NCBI GenBank assembly: GCA_036160955.1
Contig: JAYYDJ010000095.1
Location: forward strand, 1,790-65,789
Source: Verrucomicrobiota bacterium
GTDB lineage: Bacteria > Verrucomicrobiota > Verrucomicrobiia > Opitutales > Coraliomargaritaceae
Length of the DNA: 64,000 nt
Direction: 5' to 3'
Shown here: positions 56,992-64,000 of the stretch, in pieces
How positions within the stretch are numbered: position 1 is the stretch's first letter
Layout of the letters: each line of letters begins with the position of its first letter
Notes under the pieces: generated by a model
What the model was told of the DNA's origin: nothing
What the model saw: the letters and a program-made list of their open reading frames with translations, nothing else
Database searches by the model: none
Program-made: the position numbers and the translations under genes

Positions 56992-57672
56992 CTATTTGCT
57001 TCCATGCCTTTTAGGGATCCATTTTTTATAATTGTTAACAGTAGTACTGAAGAGTTCTATACTTTCGGTACGGTGCAAAATTCCTGAATCGATGCATTCA
57101 ATAATGCGCTTTGGTTGGTAATGAATTGTGTTGCAGTTAGCAGGTGGATCTTGCCAGCCTTTTCTTTGAGGTAAGTGAAAAATGGCTCCACTCCAAGAGC
57201 TTAATGTATCCGAGTCGATAATTTGTAACTTATATTCTTGATCCTCCAGAAGTTTAACGGCGTGCCAGGCATCTTTTTTCCAATCAGAGACTAATATTGA
57301 TCCGCTAAGTTTTATTTGATCTAATTTTAAAGTCCTAATACAAAAATCCAAGCTGTTGTAAGTGTACACTGGAGCTTTCCTAAAGTGGATCCTAGCCCAA
57401 GTCTGAACTGCCATGACGGCTAAGCGTAAGCCTAGTACTGATCCTGGCCCTACACAGCATATAAAGCTATGAATATGATCGAGTTCAGCATTAGCATTTT
57501 TAAGGGTTTTTTCGATACATTTAAAAAGCGTTTCGAGCGCAGTTCCATTAAGTTCATTATATGATAGCCAAGTGTTTTTGGTACTAAGGACTCCAGTTGC
57601 TATAGATTGTCCGCTAGCATCAATTAAAAGAGCAGGCAATTCGGGGGTGTCCATATTACAGTCATTATGCAT
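56992..57672 (-). CDS. tsaB: tRNA t6A synthesis protein TsaB (YeaZ)-like
   Basis: Shows ALLIDASG and ...VGPGSVLGLRLAV..., which is the typical GPGSFTGLR pattern. The size fits. Confidence 0.7.
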   Translation of the reverse strand: MHNDCNMDTPELPALLIDASGQSIATGVLSTKNTWLSYNELNGTALETLFKCIEKTLKNANAELDHIHSFICCVGPGSVLGLRLAVMAVQTWARIHFRKAPVYTYNSLDFCIRTLKLDQIKLSGSILVSDWKKDAWHAVKLLEDQEYKLQIIDSDTLSSWSGAIFHLPQRKGWQDPPANCNTIHYQPKRIIECIDSGILHRTESIELFSTTVNNYKKWIPKRHGSK

Positions 57673-57805
57673 GTTTATATCCGAATAGAATCCTCTATCA
57701 GTTGCAAGTGCAGTTCATTTGATAAATAAAGTTCTCTTAAAATTAGCTAAATTACAATTAAGTGTTATCATTAATTTTAGCCACTAGTTTTTTGGATGTT
57801 GATGT

Positions 57806-59569
57806 GTGCTTCAGTTCCTCCTTAACTTGTTGTTTGTGAATACTTTTGAACAGAGTCCCTTTGACAGATACGCACGCTCTAATGTTAATGCAGCGTGGGG
57901 CGCTGTTACTATGGAAGTTTTGGCGCGTTTAGGTATATCTACCGTAGTTATTTCTCCTGGTTCACGATCTGCTCCACTGACTCTCGCAGCTTCTAATAAC
58001 ACTAAGTTAAATACTCTAGTCGTGCTCGACGAGCGAACAGCTGGCTTTATAGCTCTTGGGGAAGCAAAACGTAGTCATAAGCCAGTCGCTTTAATCTGCA
58101 CCTCTGGTACTGCTGCAGTTAATTATTACCCAGCAGTTTTAGAGGCGTCATTAAGTGGTACACCTTTAGTTGTTTTAACTGCGGATCGACCGCCTGAATA
58201 CAGGAATTGTTCGTCTGGTCAGACAATTGATCAAATAAATCTCTACGCAGCCTCAGTCCGTTCTTTCACCGAATTAGCTCTACCTGAAATTAGCTCTGAA
58301 AGACTAGCATATTTGCGTCAATCATTAGTCCATGCTGTGGATAGTGCCTTACATATAAACCCTGGCCCTGTACACTTGAATTTTCCGTTTCGTGAGCCTC
58401 TAATTGCTCAACTAGATGATGCACCAATAATAGATGCCGATTGCTTGGAGAAGGCCTCGACCGTGATTACACGTTTAGTCGATTCTGGGACGAAAGTAGG
58501 TCACATAGATACTGTCGCTCTTGAGCGCCTCACTAGCCATCGCAAGGGATTAATTGTCGTGGGTAATATTAATCCTCCTAACGATGATGATTTTACTACT
58601 GCAGTAGCACTAATTTCAAAGAGTTTAGGATGGCCTATTTTGGCGGATGTATTGAATCCTTTGCGGGCTAAAGCCAACTCGATCAGAGGGTTGATTTGTA
58701 ACTATGATCGGCATTTGAGGGATGTTAAAGATGCTGCAGAGCTGGTGCCTACCGCCTTACTCCAAATTGGCACTTTGCCAACGAGCAAAATTTTGCGCGC
58801 GTGGGTAAAACAGATAGATGCCACGCACTTTATTTTAGCTGATAGGCCACATAACAGTGATCCCTTGCATCGGGAAGCTACTATTTTACATGGGGATGCA
58901 TCTTTTCTACTTAGTTATTTAGTAGAAAAGAAACCTGATTTAGATTGGCTTAATAGTTGGATCTACAAGGAAAGTAGCCAAGCACAGTATGTGAACAATA
59001 AGCTTGAGGCAGTTAAAGAACTATTTGAAGGTAAAGCAGCGTGGTTACTCTCGAAGCATGTGTATGCAGGCAGCTCAGTTTTTCTAGCTAGCAGTATGAG
59101 TGTGCGCTACGCTGAATGGTTTTGGAGCACTGACAGTCCAGCGGGTGCCATTTATTCGAACCGTGGTGCCAATGGCATAGATGGCACTTTGGGTACAGCA
59201 ATCGGAATTGCAAATAATGGGCCCCCAACAGTTTTACTTACCGGAGACTTGGCTTTTTTGCATGATACAAATGCCTTATTATCCGCTAAGGACTTTAAGG
59301 GTAGTTTAACCGTCATTCTAATTAATAATAATGGTGGCGGTATATTTGAGCATTTGCAGTTTTCTTCGCGTGAAGGCTTTGAAGAGTTCTTTGCGACTCC
59401 ACAGCATGTAGATATTCAGAAGTTATGCGTTGCATATTCTGTTCGGTATAAAAGAATTTTGAATTGGGAATCATTTACTGAACAGTTACATGAAAAAATT
59501 AATGGACTGCGTGTCTTAGAATTAAAAACCGATCGAAAGTTTGATTCTAAATTTCTCAAAGAATTTTAA
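57806..59569 (+). CDS. menD: SEPHCHC synthase (menaquinone biosynthesis, ThDP-dependent)
   Basis: Shows [22 protein letters not shown] and the ThDP-binding motif GANGIDG...[11 protein letters not shown]. Confidence 0.85.
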   Translation: MLQFLLNLLFVNTFEQSPFDRYARSNVNAAWGAVTMEVLARLGISTVVISPGSRSAPLTLAASNNTKLNTLVVLDERTAGFIALGEAKRSHKPVALICTSGTAAVNYYPAVLEASLSGTPLVVLTADRPPEYRNCSSGQTIDQINLYAASVRSFTELALPEISSERLAYLRQSLVHAVDSALHINPGPVHLNFPFREPLIAQLDDAPIIDADCLEKASTVITRLVDSGTKVGHIDTVALERLTSHRKGLIVVGNINPPNDDDFTTAVALISKSLGWPILADVLNPLRAKANSIRGLICNYDRHLRDVKDAAELVPTALLQIGTLPTSKILRAWVKQIDATHFILADRPHNSDPLHREATILHGDASFLLSYLVEKKPDLDWLNSWIYKESSQAQYVNNKLEAVKELFEGKAAWLLSKHVYAGSSVFLASSMSVRYAEWFWSTDSPAGAIYSNRGANGIDGTLGTAIGIANNGPPTVLLTGDLAFLHDTNALLSAKDFKGSLTVILINNNGGGIFEHLQFSSREGFEEFFATPQHVDIQKLCVAYSVRYKRILNWESFTEQLHEKINGLRVLELKTDRKFDSKFLKEF

Positions 59570-59582
59570 TACACTACTACTT

Positions 59583-60416
59583 ATGAACTGGGAAAAAGTA
59601 CACGATTTTGAAGATATCATTTACGAAAAATGTGACGGTATTGCTAAGGTTACTATCAATAGACCGCATCGCCGCAACTCTTTTACGCCAGACACGGTTA
59701 GTGAATTAATTCAAGCATTCAATGATGCGCGTGAAGATACAAGTATTGGAGTTGTTCTACTCACTGGTTTTAATCCTCAGAGTGATGGCAAGTTTGCTTT
59801 CTGCGCTGGAGGCGACCAGAAAATCCGTGGTCACAAGCAGGGTGGGTACATCGGCAATGACGGTGTGCCGCGTTTGAATGTTTTAGATTTACAGAAGCTA
59901 ATTCGTTCGATGCCCAAGGTCGTAATAGCCTTAGTTGCAGGCTATGCAATTGGTGGTGGACATGTTTTGCATGTTGTATGTGACCTCACCATTGCTGCTG
60001 ATAATGCTGTTTTTGGTCAAACAGGTCCCAAGGTAGGCAGTTTTGACGGAGGATTTGGTTCAAGTTTTTTAGCAAGAATTGTTGGGCATAAGAAGGCTCG
60101 TGAAATATGGTATCTATGTCGCCAATACTCAGCTAAGGAGGCACTAGAAATGGGTCTAATAAATAAAATAGTTTCTTACGAAAATTTAGAATCAGAAGGA
60201 GTTCAATGGGCGCAGGAAATTTTGAACCATAGTCCTCTTTCTATCCGCTGTTTGAAGTCTGCTTTTAATGCTGACGTCGATGGGCAACAAGGTCTCCAGG
60301 AACTAGCTGGAAATGCTACTTTGTTGTACTATATGACCGATGAGGGCGAAGAAGGACGTAAGGCATGGAATGAAAAGCGCTCGCCGAAATACAGAAAGTA
60401 TCCTTGGTTGCCTTAA
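59583..60416 (+). CDS. menB: 1,4-dihydroxy-2-naphthoyl-CoA synthase
   Basis: Shows the crotonase fold FCAGGDQK and [22 protein letters not shown], plus the C-terminal KRSPKY. The start is set at the Met following the menD stop. Confidence 0.9.
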   Translation: MNWEKVHDFEDIIYEKCDGIAKVTINRPHRRNSFTPDTVSELIQAFNDAREDTSIGVVLLTGFNPQSDGKFAFCAGGDQKIRGHKQGGYIGNDGVPRLNVLDLQKLIRSMPKVVIALVAGYAIGGGHVLHVVCDLTIAADNAVFGQTGPKVGSFDGGFGSSFLARIVGHKKAREIWYLCRQYSAKEALEMGLINKIVSYENLESEGVQWAQEILNHSPLSIRCLKSAFNADVDGQQGLQELAGNATLLYYMTDEGEEGRKAWNEKRSPKYRKYPWLP

Positions 60417-60509
60417 AAATCTTACATGTACAGGTGGGATTTCTTCTATATGGCTCGATTGAGAGCCTTGGATTCACTACTTAATCACTTTTGCGTCCAA
60501 CTTTTCGGA

Positions 60510-61523
60510 CTACATGTAGTATCGAATGTAAGCTTTGCTACGTAAGTTTTCAATCCAGCGTCTTTGGTTTTCACGCGCTATTTCTCCGACAAGAACCTCT
60601 TCTATTGCATCTCTAACTTGCGATACTGGTTGAATCATCTCTTCCCGCTTTGCTTCGCAGTAAAGAACGAAAATAGTGCCGCCTAACTCGACTGGATCGC
60701 TGTATTGGCCTGGATCTAATTTAAATGCGATTGCGCTAAGCTCCTCACGAATATCGGACCGTTTGATCCAGCCCCAATCTCCACCTCGACGGCTCATGTT
60801 ATCCTGACTGTATTTACGCGCAAGGTCACCAAAATTTGCCCCGTCTTGCAGTTCTTTGATAACTTGGTTTGCTGTTTGACGAAGCGGTGCTAGTCCTTCG
60901 TCAGCAAGCGGGGTTAGAATAATCTGGCGCAGGTGCAAGGCTTCTTCTTGGTAAAAGCGGATCTTGTTTTTGACATAAAAATCTTCAATTCGCTCAGGAC
61001 TTATTTCCGATTGTGATTTGCGGTTTTCTTGACGCATAGCATTAACCGCGACGCGGCGGTAAATTTCTTTGCGGAATTCTCGTGGCGTTTCACCTTTTTG
61101 TTTTAAGTATTCAAGGAATTTACTACGATCGCCTCCGAAGTCACGGGCGATGGTTTCGTTATATTCTTGATCGATGTATGATTCAGGTATCATCAGTCCT
61201 TTATCTTCGGCAGCTTTAAGTATGACGATACGATCGATCATATTTTGCAGAACATCACGACTGAGTTTGTCAATAAGCTGGTTAAAATCAGATTCACTTT
61301 TAGCTTCTAAGCGAATACGCGGTATGATAGGCTCTAATTCTCCTCGCAATTCTTCTAAAGTTATGATTTGTCCTTCTGCTATTGCAGCAATTCCATTACT
61401 AAGGCGCATTATGGATCGGTCCTGTTTAGTGCTTTCACGTACGGCTTTACCCAGAAGATTGGTGCCTTGGTAGATAAGACCAAAAATTGCTAGAATAATT
61501 TTAAATTTACGAAGTAGCATCAT
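60510..61523 (-). CDS. SurA/PrsA-like peptidyl-prolyl isomerase (parvulin domain)
   Basis: A signal/anchor and a SurA_N-like helical region are followed by a parvulin core (HLRQIIL...GGDWGWI...). Confidence 0.75.
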   Translation of the reverse strand: MMLLRKFKIILAIFGLIYQGTNLLGKAVRESTKQDRSIMRLSNGIAAIAEGQIITLEELRGELEPIIPRIRLEAKSESDFNQLIDKLSRDVLQNMIDRIVILKAAEDKGLMIPESYIDQEYNETIARDFGGDRSKFLEYLKQKGETPREFRKEIYRRVAVNAMRQENRKSQSEISPERIEDFYVKNKIRFYQEEALHLRQIILTPLADEGLAPLRQTANQVIKELQDGANFGDLARKYSQDNMSRRGGDWGWIKRSDIREELSAIAFKLDPGQYSDPVELGGTIFVLYCEAKREEMIQPVSQVRDAIEEVLVGEIARENQRRWIENLRSKAYIRYYM

Positions 61524-64000
61524 GAATCTATGCGGTGTTTAAGGAATATGTTAATCTCCTTTAACCTTAGAAGTGGATCTTCGGCGGTCAAGCGGGGAAA
61601 ACGACTGCCGATCTTTAGGAATTCTCGATCTTTCTTTGGATTAGCATATCGACAGATAAGTCGCTCCTTTTCACTTTCTACTCTTCGAACTCCTGCTAAT
61701 TCAGCAGAAATACGTATTTCACATAGTTCGATTAGTGCATCGACTGCAACTGGTCTTTTACCAAAACGATCTTCAATCTCATCAGAAATACTGCGAATTT
61801 TTTGTGAATCTTCTGCTAGAGCTAAGCGTCTATAAATGTCTATTCTTAATCGCGGCTCTGTGATATAATTTATTGGTAAGCTCGCATCAATTATTCTGTT
61901 AAGGGATGTATACTCGGCTTCTTTTATTGCAGCAAAGCTAGCAGTTCCACTAGTGCTTCTCGAGGCTCCTCCACCTTCACCGCTGGCAATAAAGTCTAGC
62001 TTTACCTCTGCTCTTATTCGATCTGCTCCTGGTTCTCCTTTTAGACGAGCTACACTTTGTTTTAGAAGTTGGCAGTATAACTCGAATCCAACACCAGCAA
62101 TATGACCACTTTGTTGGGCACCGAGTAAATTGCCAGCTCCACGTAATTCTAAATCACGCATAGCAATTCGGAATCCAGCGCCTAGTTGATTATGCTGTTT
62201 GAGTGCATGCAGGCGTTTCTGCGCTTGATTATTTAAGGTAGCATGTCTATCCATTAGCAAATAGGCATATGCTTGTTGCTTGAATCGGCCTACGCGTCCT
62301 CTTATTTGGTATAACTGTGCCAATCCGAATCTATCCGCTCCTTCTATTATTAATGTATTACAGTTTGGAATATCGATACCCGACTCAATGATTGTCGTGC
62401 AAACAAGAACATCGAATTGTCCTGCCACAAACTCAGTCATCACTTTTTCTAAAGCGTTACTCTCCATTTGGCCGTGACCCACCGCTACTTTAATTGTAGG
62501 AAGCATATCTCTAATTTGCTGGGCTACTGCATCAATAGTAGTGACTTTATTGTGTAGATAGAAAACTTGGCCATTACGTTTCGTTTCAAATTCTATAGCT
62601 TGTTTGACAAGTTCTGGATCGTAACTTTTTACAATAGTTTTTATTGGGCGACGGTTTATAGGAGCTGTTTCAATAACACTCATCGAACGAGCGCCAGAAA
62701 GCGCTAAATATAGAGTGCGAGGAATAGGCGTCGCACTAAGTGTAAGTATGTCTACCTCCGCCCGTAGTTGTTTGATTGAATCCTTTTGTTTGACCCCAAA
62801 TCTTTGTTCTTCATCCACGATTAGGAGGCCAAGATTTTGAAAATGGACGTCTTTACTTAGAAGTCGGTGGGTGCCTACAACAATGTCAATCTTGCCTGCA
62901 GCTAATTGAGCCAAAGATTGTCTATTTTCTTTCGTAGTGTGAAAACGGCTGACTTGTTCAATGATAACAGGAAAGTCACTCATTCGCTCGCGCAATGTAT
63001 TATAGTGCTGTTGGCAAAGCACTGTAGTGGGGGCGAGTAAAGCGACTTGCTTACCCGCAAGCACTGCCTTTAGTGCTGCGCGAATCGCCACTTCAGTCTT
63101 ACCAAAGCCTACATCTCCACAAATTAAGCGATCCATTGGAGTGGGTTTCTCCATGTCCTGCTTGGTTTGATGAATTGCAGTTAGTTGATCTGGCGTTTCT
63201 GAAAAAGTAAAGGCATCTTCAAAGTTTTTCTGCCAAGGAGAATCCGGTGGAAAGGCATAGCCAGTGGACTGATCGCGGCGCGCGTGCAAGTTAAGTAATT
63301 CAGCAGCGTAATCTAAAGTTGCGATTTCAGCTGCTCTTCTAGTTTTATCCCATGTGGATCCTCCAATCTTACCAAGCTTAGGAGAGGATTTTGTTAAGCC
63401 AACATATCGAGTTAGTAGATGCGATTCATGTAAAGGTACATGGATTGTCATATTGGCTGCAAATTCTACTGAAATAACTTCCTTAGTTCCGCCCTGTATT
63501 TTAAGCTTTGTTAAGCCGTGAAAAAGGCAGATTCCATGTTGGAGGTGCACTAAAAGATCGCCATCTGCAAGCTCGCTGAAATCAAGTAACTGATCGACTT
63601 GAGAAATACTTGACCGTGGGCTTACTCTTCGGGTTTGGTGCCTAAGTTTTTGGTCATTAAAAAATTCATGATCACAGATCAATACGAATCCTTTATGGTT
63701 TGATTCTGGAAATATATTTGGCTTATATTTGGATTTATCAGTGTTGCGATATAAAAACCCAGCGCTCAAAGAACCAATTAAAAATGTTGGTTTGAGCTTA
63801 GCAGTTACTGGATTCATAGATAAGGATTTTCGGATACTTTCTATCTCATCTTGACCACTACAAACGAACGCAATAGCAAGATTTTCTAGCTTAGCCCAAT
63901 TCGCAACTTGATTTTCAAATCGGGTTAGAGAATCTTGTTTAATTACAAAGTAGTTATCTCCCTTATTATATACATCATTTTGGTGGCGGTAGTAGGCGGT
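61520..64000 (-). CDS. mfd: Transcription-repair coupling factor, N-terminally truncated by the window edge
   Basis: It has a CarD-like domain and the SF2 helicase motifs [29 protein letters not shown] and RGRVGR, plus TRG and C-terminal domains. Hand translation upstream of the ORF-track Met (63817) shows no stop codon up to position 64000, so the gene continues beyond the window. Confidence 0.92.
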   Translation of the reverse strand, partial: TAYYRHQNDVYNKGDNYFVIKQDSLTRFENQVANWAKLENLAIAFVCSGQDEIESIRKSLSMNPVTAKLKPTFLIGSLSAGFLYRNTDKSKYKPNIFPESNHKGFVLICDHEFFNDQKLRHQTRRVSPRSSISQVDQLLDFSELADGDLLVHLQHGICLFHGLTKLKIQGGTKEVISVEFAANMTIHVPLHESHLLTRYVGLTKSSPKLGKIGGSTWDKTRRAAEIATLDYAAELLNLHARRDQSTGYAFPPDSPWQKNFEDAFTFSETPDQLTAIHQTKQDMEKPTPMDRLICGDVGFGKTEVAIRAALKAVLAGKQVALLAPTTVLCQQHYNTLRERMSDFPVIIEQVSRFHTTKENRQSLAQLAAGKIDIVVGTHRLLSKDVHFQNLGLLIVDEEQRFGVKQKDSIKQLRAEVDILTLSATPIPRTLYLALSGARSMSVIETAPINRRPIKTIVKSYDPELVKQAIEFETKRNGQVFYLHNKVTTIDAVAQQIRDMLPTIKVAVGHGQMESNALEKVMTEFVAGQFDVLVCTTIIESGIDIPNCNTLIIEGADRFGLAQLYQIRGRVGRFKQQAYAYLLMDRHATLNNQAQKRLHALKQHNQLGAGFRIAMRDLELRGAGNLLGAQQSGHIAGVGFELYCQLLKQSVARLKGEPGADRIRAEVKLDFIASGEGGGASRSTSGTASFAAIKEAEYTSLNRIIDASLPINYITEPRLRIDIYRRLALAEDSQKIRSISDEIEDRFGKRPVAVDALIELCEIRISAELAGVRRVESEKERLICRYANPKKDREFLKIGSRFPRLTAEDPLLRLKEINIFLKHRIDS

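Noticed and set aside
60417-60509. A possible terminator (GGCTC-N6-GAGCC) between the convergent menB and SurA-like genes.
   Set aside because: The stem is only 5 bp and has no U-tract. It is too weak to report as a feature.
63815-63817. The ORF-track Met as the mfd start.
   Set aside because: Hand translation of 63818..64000 in the same frame shows no stop codon. A 765-aa Mfd would also lack the UvrB-homology N-terminal region. The gene must continue past the window edge.
1-64000. CRISPR arrays, IS elements, integrases, prophage genes, toxin-antitoxin pairs or known defence systems.
   Set aside because: I noticed no regularly spaced direct repeats. No ORF has transposase, integrase, recombinase, nuclease-helicase defence or TA-like motifs. 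The window reads as core chromosome.

Overview
This is a compact, gene-dense chromosomal segment from a low-GC bacterium. I call about 63 CDS and found no rRNA, tRNA, CRISPR array, transposase, integrase or phage gene by eye. Three features point to the PVC superphylum, probably Verrucomicrobia-like: a chlamydia-type class Ic ribonucleotide reductase, a TGTTT-N4-GAACA operator in front of lexA, and a pseudopilin-rich type II secretion cluster.

Gene content, left to right:
- nrdB-nrdA behind a roughly 700-nt non-coding leader that carries tandem NrdR-like boxes.
- An aspartate-less NarL-type response regulator, a DsbD_2-type membrane protein, and pyrD.
- A minus-strand T2SS/pseudopilin operon (gspG-H-I-J-K-L-M-D plus a PilP/GspC-like gene) running directly into lipB-lipA.
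- ndk, ispF and lexA.
- A peptide-type ABC importer with fused permeases.
- hemW, a photolyase FAD-domain homologue, rpoN, erpA and fumC.
- rpmI-rplT, clpP, rpiB, rpmG (missed by the ORF track) and mrp.
- A TolB-like protein, a PhoD-like phosphatase, and two hypothetical genes, one of them sigma-factor-like.
- An acyP/ABC-2/TPR module, an IMPase and tatA.
- The dnaG-rpoD operon, a DUF362-like gene and an orphan nuoA.
- A three-domain EIIA-DAC protein, alr, tsaB, menD-menB, a SurA-like PPIase and mfd. The mfd frame is open to the window edge.

I see no classical defence island or mobile element. The candidates I consider most novel are:
- The putative c-di-AMP synthase fused to a PtsN-type EIIA domain (54481..55836).
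- The class Ic RNR with Leu at the radical site.
- A phosphoacceptor-less response regulator.
- A lysine-rich N-terminal tail on RpoD.
- A start-codon-sequestering hairpin on rpmI.
- A photolyase homologue that lacks the N-terminal domain.

All functional calls rest on motif recognition by eye. No searches were run.
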